Assembly: GCF_004010195.1 (NCBI RefSeq)
Contig: NC_057719.1
Span: 37,562,704-37,614,206, forward strand
DNA from: Chiloscyllium plagiosum
Lineage: Eukaryota
Reading direction: 5' to 3'
Length of the DNA stretch: 51,503 nucleotides
The first letter of the stretch is position 1. Every line of letters starts with the position of its first letter. A program made the position numbers and the translations under genes. Positions 36,507 to 48,466 of the stretch are shown piece by piece. The notes under the pieces are model-generated. The model ran no database searches and was not told the DNA's origin. It saw only the letters and a list, made by a program, of their open reading frames with translations.

Positions 36507-36854
36507 TACAAAAGCAGTGTAATGTCTAAACTCTCTCCTGCTGGAATTATCAGTGGAAGATTTTGGAATGAATTGACCACACATAAACTATGATAAAATG
36601 TTTAGGTCTAACTCAGATTGCACTTTTGAAAAAGTTTGTGTTTGCCGTTTTGGATCAGGCAATGAACGGAAACATTATTTCTTTACAGCTTTGGTTCACT
36701 GGACAGAATCAACTTTATAAGAGTGTCTGTATGAACAATTTACCACTGAAAGTAGAGCTGAGTCTTCACGGGAATATTCAGAGATGAAGCAATGTCTTTA
36801 ACAGTAACAAGATTTTCCAAGTAAAGATTCAGTTAATAAGGGAAGGGAGGGGAA

Positions 36855-37760
36855 ATAAACACAATAACTGTCACGAGAGAAAATATACAATGGAAACTAC
36901 TGAGACAAAAGACTGATAAGTCAGCATATCTAGAATATAAAGGAAATAGCTACAGAGATAATGGATGTACTGGTAGTAATTTTCCAGGAATCCTTAGATT
37001 GTGGCAAAGGCACAGAGATTTGGAAAATTGCCAGTGCAACACCCGTGGGCATGGGTGGCACAGTGGCACAGTGGTTAGCACTGCTGCCTCACAGCACCAG
37101 AGACCCGGGTTCAATTCCCGCCTCAGGCGACTGACTGTGTGGATTTTGCACGTTCTCCCCGTGTCTGCGTGGGTTTCCTCCGGGTGCTCCGGTTTCCTCC
37201 CACAGTCCAAAGATGTGCAGGTCAGGTGAATTGGCCTTGCGAAATTGCTCGTAGTGTTAGGTAAGGGGTAAATGTAGGGGTATGGGTGGGTTGTGCTTCG
37301 ATGGGGCGGTGTGGACTTGTTGGGCCAAAGGGCCTGTTTCCACACTGTAAGTAATCTAATCTAAACCCTTATCTTAAAATAATGAAAGGCGACTTTACAT
37401 ACACAGATAAGATTCGTAAGGGGCTTAACATGGTAGATATAGAGAAGTTGTTTCCCATTGTTGGAGAGTCTAGGCCCAGAACACATAATCTCAAAGTGAG
37501 GGATCACTTAGTTCGAGCTGAGATAGAAAGGACGTTCTCCTCTCAGAATATAGTGAATCGGTGGAATTATTCACCACAGAGAACGGTAGAGGCTCGGTCT
37601 TTAAGCATATTCAAAATTGAGATTTTTATTCAGCAAGAGATTCAAGGGGTGTAGGGAAATCGCAAGAAAGTGGAATTGAGGATTGTCGTATTGGCCATGA
37701 TCTCACTGACTTTATGGGTCAAATGGCCTACTCTGCTCCTTTGTCTTATGGCCTTGTGGT
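36855..37760 (+). mobile_element. Internally deleted, decayed CR1 fragment hosting an HE1 SINE
   Basis: DWKIASATP|LS (the ANVTPLF motif) is split by the SINE. It continues as FPIVGESRPRTHNLKVR..FSSQNIVNRWN. Confidence 0.75.
37053..37364 (+). mobile_element. HE1-type SINE
   Basis: Full copy with B-box gggttcaattcc and a taatctaatctaa tail. Confidence 0.95.
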
Positions 37761-39031
37761 CACGAGGAGAGGAATGTAAAAGAGCAGGCGATAGTGAGGT
37801 TACAACCAGAATCCTTCACTTCGAACAAGCTGATTGACAGCGATTGCTTCAATGCCACTTGGCTTTCCCACCATGGTCCCATTATTCCCCACCTCCCCAT
37901 CAATCTGCAGCTGTCCTAGCCCTGCATCTCCTTCACCAAGATCCTGGAATAAAAGCTGCAACCGCCAATGGCCTGACCAGAACATCTTTATTCAAAAACG
38001 CTTTCATTTCTACAGAAGAATTCATGATTTCAGAACGTCCATAGTGTTACACACTCTAGTGACCTCTCTCTGATTACTTGGTCCGTTCCCTTTGGAGCAT
38101 GTTACTTGAAGGCATCGTTGTTCCCAGAATAAACATAAACTCTGTCCATCTGTCAGCCTCATTAAGGCCTATGGTGCCAAATCTGTGAATATAAGATTCA
38201 TTGTTCATGGATTTTAATTGAAATGGTGAGGCAGAAACCAAAAGATTTTTATTTTCACTGTCCAGATATTTAATTAACTAAACCCCAGTCTAACAGCTTT
38301 CCCTTGGACCAGTCTTTTTCTCCATTCTATAATAAGATATGAATGAACATTTTGGTGACAGTGCTGGATCTCAGCCCTGCACAGTTTGTTTCAGACTGGA
38401 TTTTTAAAATCCAGATAATTAATGGGTAATCTGATGGGAAAAATTTCTGGCTGGAACAGGCTGCTCCTTTTTTGAGGTATTTTAGGTATTGGAGGTGATT
38501 TCCTCAAATTGCAGGAACAGTTTTATATGCTGTTGCATTGTTTTGGAACTTTGGAAAGAAAAAGAATCAAAACAACAGCACTTTTAAAAGGGAGAGGAGC
38601 AGACAAAGGCAGCACATAGTGAGGTCAATGCAGGAGAGACAGAGAGAGAGAAAGAAACCCACACTGCTAACTGACACAGCAGTGAACTCGTGCAGTTACT
38701 GCCTTTGCTGTTTGAATTCATGTATCGCTGGACATTGGAGTGCATCTGGGAAAATCATCAAACAGTGAAATTCACAACTGATCTTGGAGGAACCTGTCTG
38801 GGAGAGGTCACAACACAGAAACAGATAAGTGAATATTTTCAAGTGTGGCCTTACAGTAAGTCTGCAGTAGTGAATAGAGTGGGTCCTTTCTTGATTATAT
38901 GTTTAATTGAGATATGTCTCTTGATTAAACTTAAAAATATAAGCCATAAATATTAAGTTAGCTTGGAGCAGTATTTTGTAGAGGAATAAGACAGAGCTAT
39001 TTTCTGGGTCTGTAGACTGAAAGAAGCAAAA

Positions 39032-39958
39032 ATGGCCTTTTGTAGAGTGATATGCTGCTCTTGTCAGATGTGGGGGTTTAGGGAGAGTTTGTATGTTACT
39101 GAGGATTATTTCTGTAATGAATGCAGTTGGTTGCGAATCCTATCAGATCAAATGGATCGGTTGGAAAGGCAGTTAGTGGCAATGAGGAATTTACAAGCGC
39201 AAGGGGGTGTGATGATGGCATTATAGGAAGGGAGAAAAGTTGCAGATATAGTCACATAGATGGGTTAACTCCAGGAAAGGTAAAAGAGGTAGGCAGCTCG
39301 TGCAGGAGTCTTTTGTGGCTATCCCCATTTCAAACAAGTATGCTGTTTTTGGAAAATGTAGGGGGTGATGGATTCTCAGCAGAATGTAGCATAAACAGCC
39401 AAGTTTCTGGTTTTGAGACTGGCTCTAATGCAACAAGGGCTATGTTGAGTTCCAAAAGATCAATTATGTTAGGGGACTCTCTGGTCAGAGGTACAGACAG
39501 ACATTTCTGTGGCCAGCAGCGAAACATCAGAATTGTGTGTTGCCTCCCTGATGCCAGGATCAAGGATGTCTCAGAGAGGGTGCAGCATGTTCTCAAGGGG
39601 GAGAGGGACCAGCAGGAGGTCATTGTATACATTGGAGCCAATGACATAGGAAGAGAAAATGATGAGGTTCTGAAGGGAGATTACAGAGAGTTAGACAGGA
39701 ATTTAAAAAGGATGTCCTTGAGATAGTAATATCTGGATTACTCCAGTGCTACGAGCTAGTGAGGGTAGGAATGGGAGGATAGAGCAGATGAATGCATTGC
39801 TGAGGAGTTGGTGTCTGGGAGAAGGATTCACATTTTTGGATCATTGGAATCTCTTTTGGGGTAGAAGTGACCTCTACAAGAAGGACAGATTGCATCTGAA
39901 TTGGAAGGGGACTAATATACTGGCAGGGAGATTGCTAGAGCTGCTTGGGAAGATTTAA
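39032..39958 (+). pseudogene. CR1 ORF1 (Cys zinc-finger/leucine zipper plus SGNH esterase-like domain), frameshifted
   Basis: CCSC..C..C plus LRILSDQMDRLERQL, then the GDS motif IMLGDSLVRG, IGAND and D.LHLN. Confidence 0.9.
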
Positions 39959-40480
39959 ACTATTAAGGTGGAGGGGTGGGACCCAGAGAGATAGTGAGGA
40001 AAGAGATCGATCTGAGACTGGTACAGCTGAGAACAGAAGTGAGTCAAACAGTCAGGGCAGGCAGGGACAAGGTAGGACTAATAAATTAAACTGCATTTAT
40101 TTCAATGCAAGGAACCTAACAGGGAAAGCAGATGAACTCAGGGCATGGTTAGGAACATGGGACTGGGATATCATAGCAATTACAGAAATGTGGCTCAGGG
40201 ATGGGCAGGACTGGCAGCTTAATGTTCCAGGAAAAAAATGTTATAGGAAGGATAGAAAGGGAGGCAAGAGAGGAGGAGGAGTGGTGTTTTTGATATGGGA
40301 TAGCAATACAGCTATATTAGGGAGGATATTCCCAGAAATAGGTCCAGGGAAGTTATTTGAGTTGAACTGAGAAATAAGAAAGGGATGATCACCTTATTGG
40401 GATTGTATTATAGACCCTCTAATGGTCAGAGGGAAATTGAGAAACAAATTTTTGAGGAAATCTCTGTTATTTGTAAGAAT

Positions 40481-41063
40481 TCAAAGTTTGGGTGAAGATT
40501 TGTAGCTCGGGTGCTCGTTGTTGTGGTTCTGTTCGCCGAGCTGGAAAGTTTTGTTGCAAACGTTTTGTTCCCTGTCTAGGTGACATCCTCAGTGCTTGGG
40601 AGCCTCCTGTGAAGCGCATTTGTGGTGTTTCCTCCGGCATTTATAATGGCCTGTCCCTGCCACTTCCAGTTGTCAGTTTCAGCTGTCTGATATATTGGGT
40701 CCAGGTCGATGTGTTTGTTGATGGAGTTTGTGGATGAGTGCCATGCTTCTAGGAATTCCCTGGCTGTTCTTTGTTTGGCTTGCCCCATAATGGTAGTGTT
40801 GTCCCAATTCGACTGGGACAACACTACCATTATAGGGCAAGCCAAACAAAGAACAGCCAGGGAATTCAGTCGAATTCTTGTTGCTTGTCGTCTGCGGACA
40901 GCCGAAACTGACAACCGGAAGCAGCAGGGACAGGCCACTATAAATGCCGGAGGAAACACCACAGAAGCGCTTCACAGGAGGCTCCCAAGCACTGAGGATG
41001 TCACCTAGACAGGGGACGAAACGTTTGTAACAAAACTTCCAGCTCGGCGAACAGAACCACAAC
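40481..41063. mobile_element. 583-bp palindromic Penelope-derived insertion (family C) in CR1 ORF2
   Basis: 12-bp TSD atttgtaagaat at 40469-40480 and 41064-41075. The arms are inverted about ~40809. It encodes a PLE C-terminus-like WDNTTIMGQAKQRTAREFLEAWHSSTNSINKHIDLDPIY. Confidence 0.9.
40989..41028 (+). ncRNA. Minimal hammerhead ribozyme (family C)
   Basis: GCA-CUGAGGA-U-GUCACCU-AGAC-AGGGGAC-GAAA-CGU-U-UGU, with a 3-bp stem I, a longer stem II and an ACGU palindrome. Confidence 0.65.
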
Positions 41064-44000
41064 ATTTGTAAGAATAATAGGGTGGTTATGGTAGGGGATT
41101 TTACCTTTCCAAACATAGACTGGGGCTGCCACAGTATTATGGGTTTAGATGGAGAAGAATTTGTTCAGAATATACAATAAAATGTTCTGATTCAGTATGT
41201 GGATGTACCTACTAGAGAAGGTGCAAAACTTGACCTACTCTTGGGAAATAAGGCAGGGCAGGTGACTGAGGTGTCAGTGGGGGAGCACTTTGGGGCTAGC
41301 AACCGTAATTCTATTTGTTTTAAAATAGTGGTGGAAAAGGATAGAGCAGATCTAAACATTGAAGTTCTAAATTGGAGAAAGGCCAATTTTGATGGTATTA
41401 GGCAAGAACTTTCGAAATCTGATTGGATGCAGCTGTTCACAGGTAAAGGGATGGCTGGAAAATGGGAAGCCTTCAGAAATGTGATAACAAGAATCCAGAG
41501 AAAGTATATTCCTGTCAGGGTGAAAGGGAAGGCTGGTAGGTATAGGGAATGCTGGATGACTAAAGAAATTGAGGGTTTGGTTAAGAAACAGAAGGAAGCA
41601 TATGTCAGGTATAAACAAAATAGATTGAGTGAATCCTTAGATGAGTATAAAGGCACCAGACGTATACTTAAGAAGGAAATCAGGAGGGCAAAAAGGGGAC
41701 ATGAGATAGATTTGGCAAATAGAATTAAGGAGAATTCAAAGGACTTTTACAAATACATTAAGGACAAAAGTTTAACTAGGGAGAGGATAGAGCTTTTCAA
41801 AGATCAGCAAGGTGGCCTTTGTATGGAGCTGCAGGAAATGGGGAGACACTAAATGAGTATTTTGCAACAGTATTTACTGTGGAAAAGGATATGGAAGATA
41901 TAGAATGTTGGGAAACAGATGGTGACAACTTGAAAAATGTCCATATTACAGAGGATGTCTTGAAACGCATAAAAGTTAATAAATCCCAAAGACTTGATCA
42001 GGTGTACCCAAGAACTCTGTGGGAAGCTAGAGAAGTGATTGCTGGGACTCTTGGTGAGATAATTGTATCATTGATGGTTACGGGTGAAATGCCAGAAGAC
42101 TGGAGGTTGGCTAATGTGGTGCCACCATTTAAGGAAGGTGGTAAGGAAAAGCCAGGGAACGATAGACCAGTGAGCCTGATGTTGGTGGTGGGCAAGTTAT
42201 TGGAGGGAATCCTGAGGGAGAGGATGTACATGTATTTGGAAAGGCAAGGACTGATTGGGGATCATCAACATGGCTTTGTGCATGGGAAATCATGTCACAA
42301 TCTTGATTGAGTTTTTTTAAGAAGTAACAAAGAGGATTGATGAGGGCAGAGCAGTAGACATGATCTATATGGATTTCAGTAAGACGTTCAACAAGGTTTC
42401 CCATGGGAAACTGGTTAGCAAGGTTAGATCTCATGGAGTACAGTGAGAAATAGCCATTTGGATACAGAACTGGCTCAAAGGTAGAAGACAGAGGGTGGTG
42501 GTGGAGGGTTGGTTTTCAGACTGGAGGCCTATGACCAGTGGAGTGCCACAAGGATCGGTGCTGTGCCCTCTACTTTTTGTCATTTACATAAATGATTTGG
42601 ATGCGAGCATAAGAGGTACAGTTAGTAAGTTTGCAGATGACACCAAAATTGGAGGTGTTGTAGACAGCAAAGAGGGTTTCCTCAGATTACAACGGGATCT
42701 TGATCAGATGGGCCAATGGACTGATGAAGTTTAATTTAGATAAATGCAAGGTGCTGCATTTTGGGAAAGCAAGTCATACCAGGATTTATACACTTAATGG
42801 TAAGGTCCTCGGGGGTGTTGCTGAACAAAGAGACCTTGGAGTGTAGTTTCATAGCTCCTTGAAAGTAGAGTCGCAGTTAGATAGGATAGTGAAGAAGGAG
42901 TTTGGTATGCTTTCTTTTATTGGCCAGAGTGCAGGGGTTGGGACGTCATGTTATGGCTGTACAGGACATTGGTTAGGCCACTGTTGGAATATTGCATACA
43001 ATTGTGGTCTCCTTCCTATTGGAAAGATGTTGCGAAATGTGAAAGGGTTCAGGAAAGATTTACAAAGATGTTGGAGGATTTGAACTATAGGGAGAGATTG
43101 AATAGGCTGGGGCTGTTTTCCCTGGCGCGTCGGAGGCTGAGGGGTGACCTTATAGAAGTTTGTAAAACCATGAGGGGCATGGATAGTATGAATAGACAAA
43201 GTCTTTTCCCTGGGGTCAGGGGAGTCCAGAACTAGAGGGCATAGGTTTAGGGTGAGAGGGGAAAGATATAAAAAGACCTAAGGGGCAATTGTAGCACACA
43301 GAGGGTGTTACGTGTATGGAATGAGCTGCCAGAGGAATTGGTGGAGGCTCATAGAATTGCAACATTTAAAAGGTGTTTGGATGGGTATATGAATAGGAAG
43401 GGTTTGGAGGGATACGGGGCGGGTGCTGGCAAGTGGGTCTAGATTGGATTAGGATATCTGGTCAGCATGGACGAGTTGGACTGATTGATCTGTTTCCATG
43501 CTGTATGTCTCTATGACTCTAGTCGCTCTCTGCTGAGTGCAGTGGCTCGGCTCCCAAGTCTGTAGCTTGCTAGGATTGTGAAAGGAGAACAGCAGCCACA
43601 GTGATTATGGAGTGTGAATGTGAGGGATGTGAACGAAGCATCGTTCTCCCCTCCCCCACTATCCATCTCTCTTCGACTCCCTGCCCCCTCCTCCTCTTCG
43701 GACACTGTCCTGACAAAAGAAGCTATCTACTTTTGACATTTCTGGCTCACCTACTGGTGGGTAATTCACAATATAATAATTAAACTGTGTCAAATTTTAC
43801 AGTGAAATCTTTTATTCATCATGTAAAAATATACCCAAAGCACCTTTTCTTTTAGGAAAGCTACTTCTGAAAAAAAAATAGATCTTGGTTGAAACTTTTC
43901 CCCACATGAAGGAACTGAATACCTGCTTCATTTAAAACTCTAATGCTTTAAACCCCTTTGAAGAGGATAGGTAGGTTGGGAGGGAGGTGAGTTGGGGAAA

Positions 44001-44129
44001 AGGGGATAATTGTCATCTTCAAGTACTTTCTATTAATAGGTAGGAGGTGATGTTGGTTGACTTAGGCTACTGAAGACTTGAGAAGGTGAGTGACAGATGA
44101 CTTTTGTCACAGGGATCTCAGATCCCTCA

Positions 44130-44445
44130 GTGTGGCCCAGTGGTTCAAGGTTAGCACTTCTGTCTCATAGCATTAGGGTCCAATTCCAGCCTTGGGTGAC
44201 TGTCTGTGTGGAGTTTGCATGTTCTCTCTGTGTCTGTGTGGGTTTCCTTTGGATGTTCTGGTTTCCTCTCTCAATCCAAAGTTATGCAGGTTTGGTGGAT
44301 AGGCCATGCTAATTTGCCTCATGGTGTCCAGGAATGTGTAGGCTCGAGGGATAGGATGGGGAGATTTTGGGTCTGGATGGAATGCTCTTTGGAGGGTCAA
44401 TGAAGGGCTGAATGGTCTCTTCCTGCACTGTAGGGATTCTATTAT
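44130..44445 (+). mobile_element. Older HE1-type SINE
   Basis: Diverged but colinear with the other HE1 copies (gactgtctgtgtggagtttgcatgttctc...cactgtagggattcta). Confidence 0.85.
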
Positions 44446-45989
44446 TCTAACCTTGTTGTGGCATTGTGCAGGACAGAACTGAATGGAACTGTACACTGAG
44501 ATATTGAATGCCTTGACTGGCCTGCCAAACAGTTCTAGTCACCATCAAAGATTAGTGAGGAGTTTGACTTGGCAGAGGGCATGGTACAGAGCTTTCCATG
44601 TCGTGCTTTCTGGAAACTGTAAGCTGTTGCCTTGTTGAATCATTTCAGATGACATCATTCACTGGGTACATTTAGATTTTCCAGAGAGGTGCCGATCTCA
44701 GGAGGAATATTATTGAACATATCTGAAATTCACCAAGGGTGGAAGAATTTTGCATGTACACCAGTGAAAACCTGTGATGTTATTAACAGTAAATCCAATG
44801 GCATAAAGTAAAAAATACTTGTTCAAAATGAACATTTAATCAAATACCTTTCCTTAAGTCATTGATTTCAGAGTTGGATATATTCCATTTATATTAAAAA
44901 CTCCTGCATACAGTATTGCACCATCCAGTTAGTTATCTATCAACTGATTTAATAATTCACATTATCAGCTGAGATAAAATGATTGCCATTATTGGTTTGT
45001 GTATCTCCTTTAAATTTTAGATCTTGGAAAAGGGGGAGGCAGGATTCTCAGCCAATGAGGCAGACTGTATTGGTAAACTGCAAGAATGGATTGATCTGAT
45101 TGAAAAGATTGGTAACAGTGGAATGCTGCGGGAACAATTGTTGAGAGATAGCACTCTGGCAATATTGGAAAGTTTATAGATAGTTTCAGATTTGTAGACA
45201 GTGGCACTCAGTGAGAAATAAAAGCAAAAAAGTATTTGCCACAATAGGTATAAACTGCAGACTAAACGCTGGCTCGATTGCAGGGAAAGGCGGAAACTAT
45301 CTCTGGTCTAAACAAAAGAAAAAACATACTTGGTGTTGTTAGGTTTGAATGACTTTATAGCCTCAACCTTTTAAATTTGACTGGACATATGTTTATCCTG
45401 TTCTCTTTGTGGTCCAAATTTTTCTTTTCATTTTACTTCTCGCATTTGCAACTCAGCTCCAATAACATGAGGGGAAGGGGATGACACCACATTATAATCT
45501 TCTCGTGTTTAGTTTTACACACAGAGAGCCAAAAGGTAGAGGACTGACTACATGACATCAAATTGGTGCAATTACCAAGCTTTCAACCCACAATGGATAA
45601 ATGCTTCCAAAGTTACTCATAACTTGGCAAAGAAAATATGATACTTCACTTTACCCAAAAATGGAATAATCTACATCTTTGAACAGATGGAGAGCTGATG
45701 TGAAAGGGTAGAACTGTAACAACTCTCAAAGGATCAGATACACCAAACAAAATCGAGGAACTTTCAAGAGTAGGAAATGGCTGCTCTGTTCTCCTTTCCT
45801 CTAAAGTGCAAACAATTGCAAGCCTCGACCCCCCCAGTCAGTACAATTTTCCCAACACTGATTTAAACTTATTGACAAGCATATCACTGCATTCTTCCCC
45901 GAGAGGATGTCTTGTCTCTTGGTGATGTTATAATGAGGGATTTATTTGACTAAATTTTAAACATTTTGCTGATGATTGCCCAGTGTTCT

Positions 45990-46380
45990 TTATGCAACAC
46001 CTTACATTCACATTGCATCATTAACATCCTAAAAGATCCCAAGTGCAATCAAACAAAATGTGAGATTGAACAAAGGAGGGGCAACCAATAGCTTGATCAA
46101 AAGGAAAGGTTTTAAAGGAGCATAATGAAAAAGGAGAGGTCCCAGCAGAAGATTCTAAAATTTAGTACCAGGACAGCCATCTGTGAGAGGCTCTGGGTAA
46201 TGCATTTGGCTGGAGTTGGGGAATTACAGAGATTACAGAGGGCTGTGGGACTGCAGGAGATTGCAGACATTGGAAAGGGAGAAGCCATAAGTGAATTGTT
46301 AACATGGATGAGAATTTTAAAATTCAGGCATCAGTGAATTGGCAGTCAATGTAGGGCAGGGAGTAAAGAAGGGATGAGGG
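45990..46380 (-). mobile_element. Very old L2-like LINE 3' fragment
   Basis: aaagatcccaag..ggttttaaaggagc..gagaattttaaaattcaggcat..ggcagtcaatgtagg pattern. Assigned by recognition only. Confidence 0.35.
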
Positions 46381-48466
46381 AAAATCTCATCTGGGGTTTT
46401 GAAACCTCCTTCAGAATATCTTCATGAAAATGAAAATGATTGCATGATTACCAAACTATTTTTATCCTCTCAGCAGTGAAATACCACATTTAACATGGCT
46501 CTGATAGTTCAGCTTCTGCATGCACTGTCAGTGGGCAATTCGACTGTTCAAGGTTTGTGCTGATCTATCAAAGTGAGATGCCTGGTCTCAAATCAGTTAA
46601 TTTCAGTCAGGCCTGTGAAATGGACACTAAATGTGAACTGAACTGAAATACTGGCTAAAAACACTATACCAGGGTAGAAGAACAATGAGGATGAGTAATG
46701 TTCCTAATTTTCTTTTTCTTGATTGTGATCTGGTGACCCCTGCTGGTAAACACATGTATGTGGCTTCACATGAAGACAGAATCGACCTTGGTTGAGAGAC
46801 TTCAAATACCTGGCTGACACATTGCAACCCTTGAATAATGGTTACTTTGACAAGGATACCCGAAGACAACTGGTATACTTTACTTCAGTGAGGCTTAATA
46901 ACTGTAGGAGATAAACTGAAGGAAGCTATAAAAAGGAGTTGCAATTACATTTCAAAATTCTAAGTGGTTTCTAGTGTCAGAAGGATATAAGCTGTCCATT
47001 TACAATCTAATGCTGTACTTGTCTGTAAAAGAACAATATTAACTTATTAATAAATGTGAATACATTCCTTCGTTTATTCATGCAGAAGTATCACTAGAAA
47101 AACAATACAGGCCACTTGCTAAAGACAAAGCTTCTGTTATCAACTCCAATGTCTCAGTTTTACTCCAGAACAAATTATTTTTCTGCCCAAACAAACATTC
47201 TCAGACACTGCGGTGATGAACAATCTTTACTATATACACACAGTACATGTTTTGATAAGAGTTCTGAGCATTGTGTTTGCCACCATTTCATTTTGTGGGA
47301 ATTCCTGCTGTAATGAACAGATTGTGCCCAGGGGTGACACTGCAGATGTAACTCAATCTTGTTTGAGTGTTGTTCCTCATCAGCACCACAGGCTGTGTCA
47401 CTTCCCCATCAATCACTCCAAATCCATACATGCATTCTGCTGAAGTGAAAAATGGGACCTGAGAATTTATTGGCAAATTGGCCACAGATCATAAGGAACA
47501 AAATAAATCCTAAAATGTTTTGAAGATGAACTCTTTGATGGATTTGATACTTTCTGTTATTGTGGTGAGAGTGATCTATTCAGCAAGCACCACGTCTTCT
47601 CTTGTTACACACATAAAAGGCCCTGTCGTCATGCTTACTATGCAGTGTCTATCTATCAGAGGTCATGGTGGTCCTTATGTACCATTTCAAAGGTTGAGCC
47701 AAGTCATTTGATACCCGTGGTGTCTATGAACAAGCAATTCATTTCATCGTTTTCAGCAGTCTCCTTAACTCACTGCAACAAGGGTGAGAGACTGAAAATT
47801 ATCTTAATATATTATAAAAGACCACAGGCCGCTCGAACCATCCCTGGATGTCATGACAGACTTCTGGCAGAATACTTTGATAAAGATTAAATAGTTTGAT
47901 CAGATAAAATATTTCATATAGTTTTCTGAAAAGTATTAATTTATATGAATATTTTAATGGCAAAACAGGAATAATTATTCACCTGAAATATTTCCTATTT
48001 GTATTCTTCACTCCTTTTGAAAAAATGCGTAACCACACATTTTCCCACATTGCATTCCATCTACCAAGCCTTATTTTTGAATGGGGCAACTGAGTAAGGC
48101 ATGGCTACCAATGCTGTTGCATTCACGAGGTATGTGTTGAGGTGTTTTGGGGGACTGCAGAGGCAGTGCAGAGGGGATGCAGGGTTAGTGGTGTGAAAGC
48201 ATGGGACACAATGTGAGCAAGTGAGGGAAGTGTTTCAAGCAACAGAGGGGTGTCAGAGCATGAGCCTCAGTGCAAACTGGGTGTGGTGACAGAGATAGAG
48301 TGAGTGTGAGGTGGCCGAGAGTAGACAATGGCACTTACCCTGATACAGCAGGGAAGGGTACTGTCCTTCTTTCATACTGCAGCCCATTGCCCACATTGAG
48401 ATGGTAATGACCAGGCTGGCCTGGTGTGGTGGGCCCTTCTGAGGGTCCTCTGGGATGACAGGGCGA

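Larger units (their letters stand above)
40078..43440 (+). pseudogene. CR1 ORF2 (APE endonuclease plus reverse transcriptase), frameshifted and interrupted
   Basis: LNCIYFNAR, IAITEMW, LDLLL, EDWRLANVVP, QHGF, GVPQGSVL and KFADDTK. Confidence 0.95.
38450..43520 (+). mobile_element. Near full-length, inactivated CR1 (HER1-like) LINE
   Basis: 5' UTR, ORF1, ORF2 (EN + RT) and the 3' tail tctctatgactcta are in the expected order. There are many frameshifts and stops, and the 5' boundary is approximate. Confidence 0.95.

Noticed and set aside
39032..43440. Active retrotransposon or domesticated RT gene
   Set aside because: Multiple stops, frameshifts and a 583-bp insertion disrupt the ORFs.
47330..47408. 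Possible pre-miRNA or snoRNA hairpin (gtgacac...gtgtcac with inner actcaa/ttgagt)
   Set aside because: The stems are short and discontinuous, at chance level.
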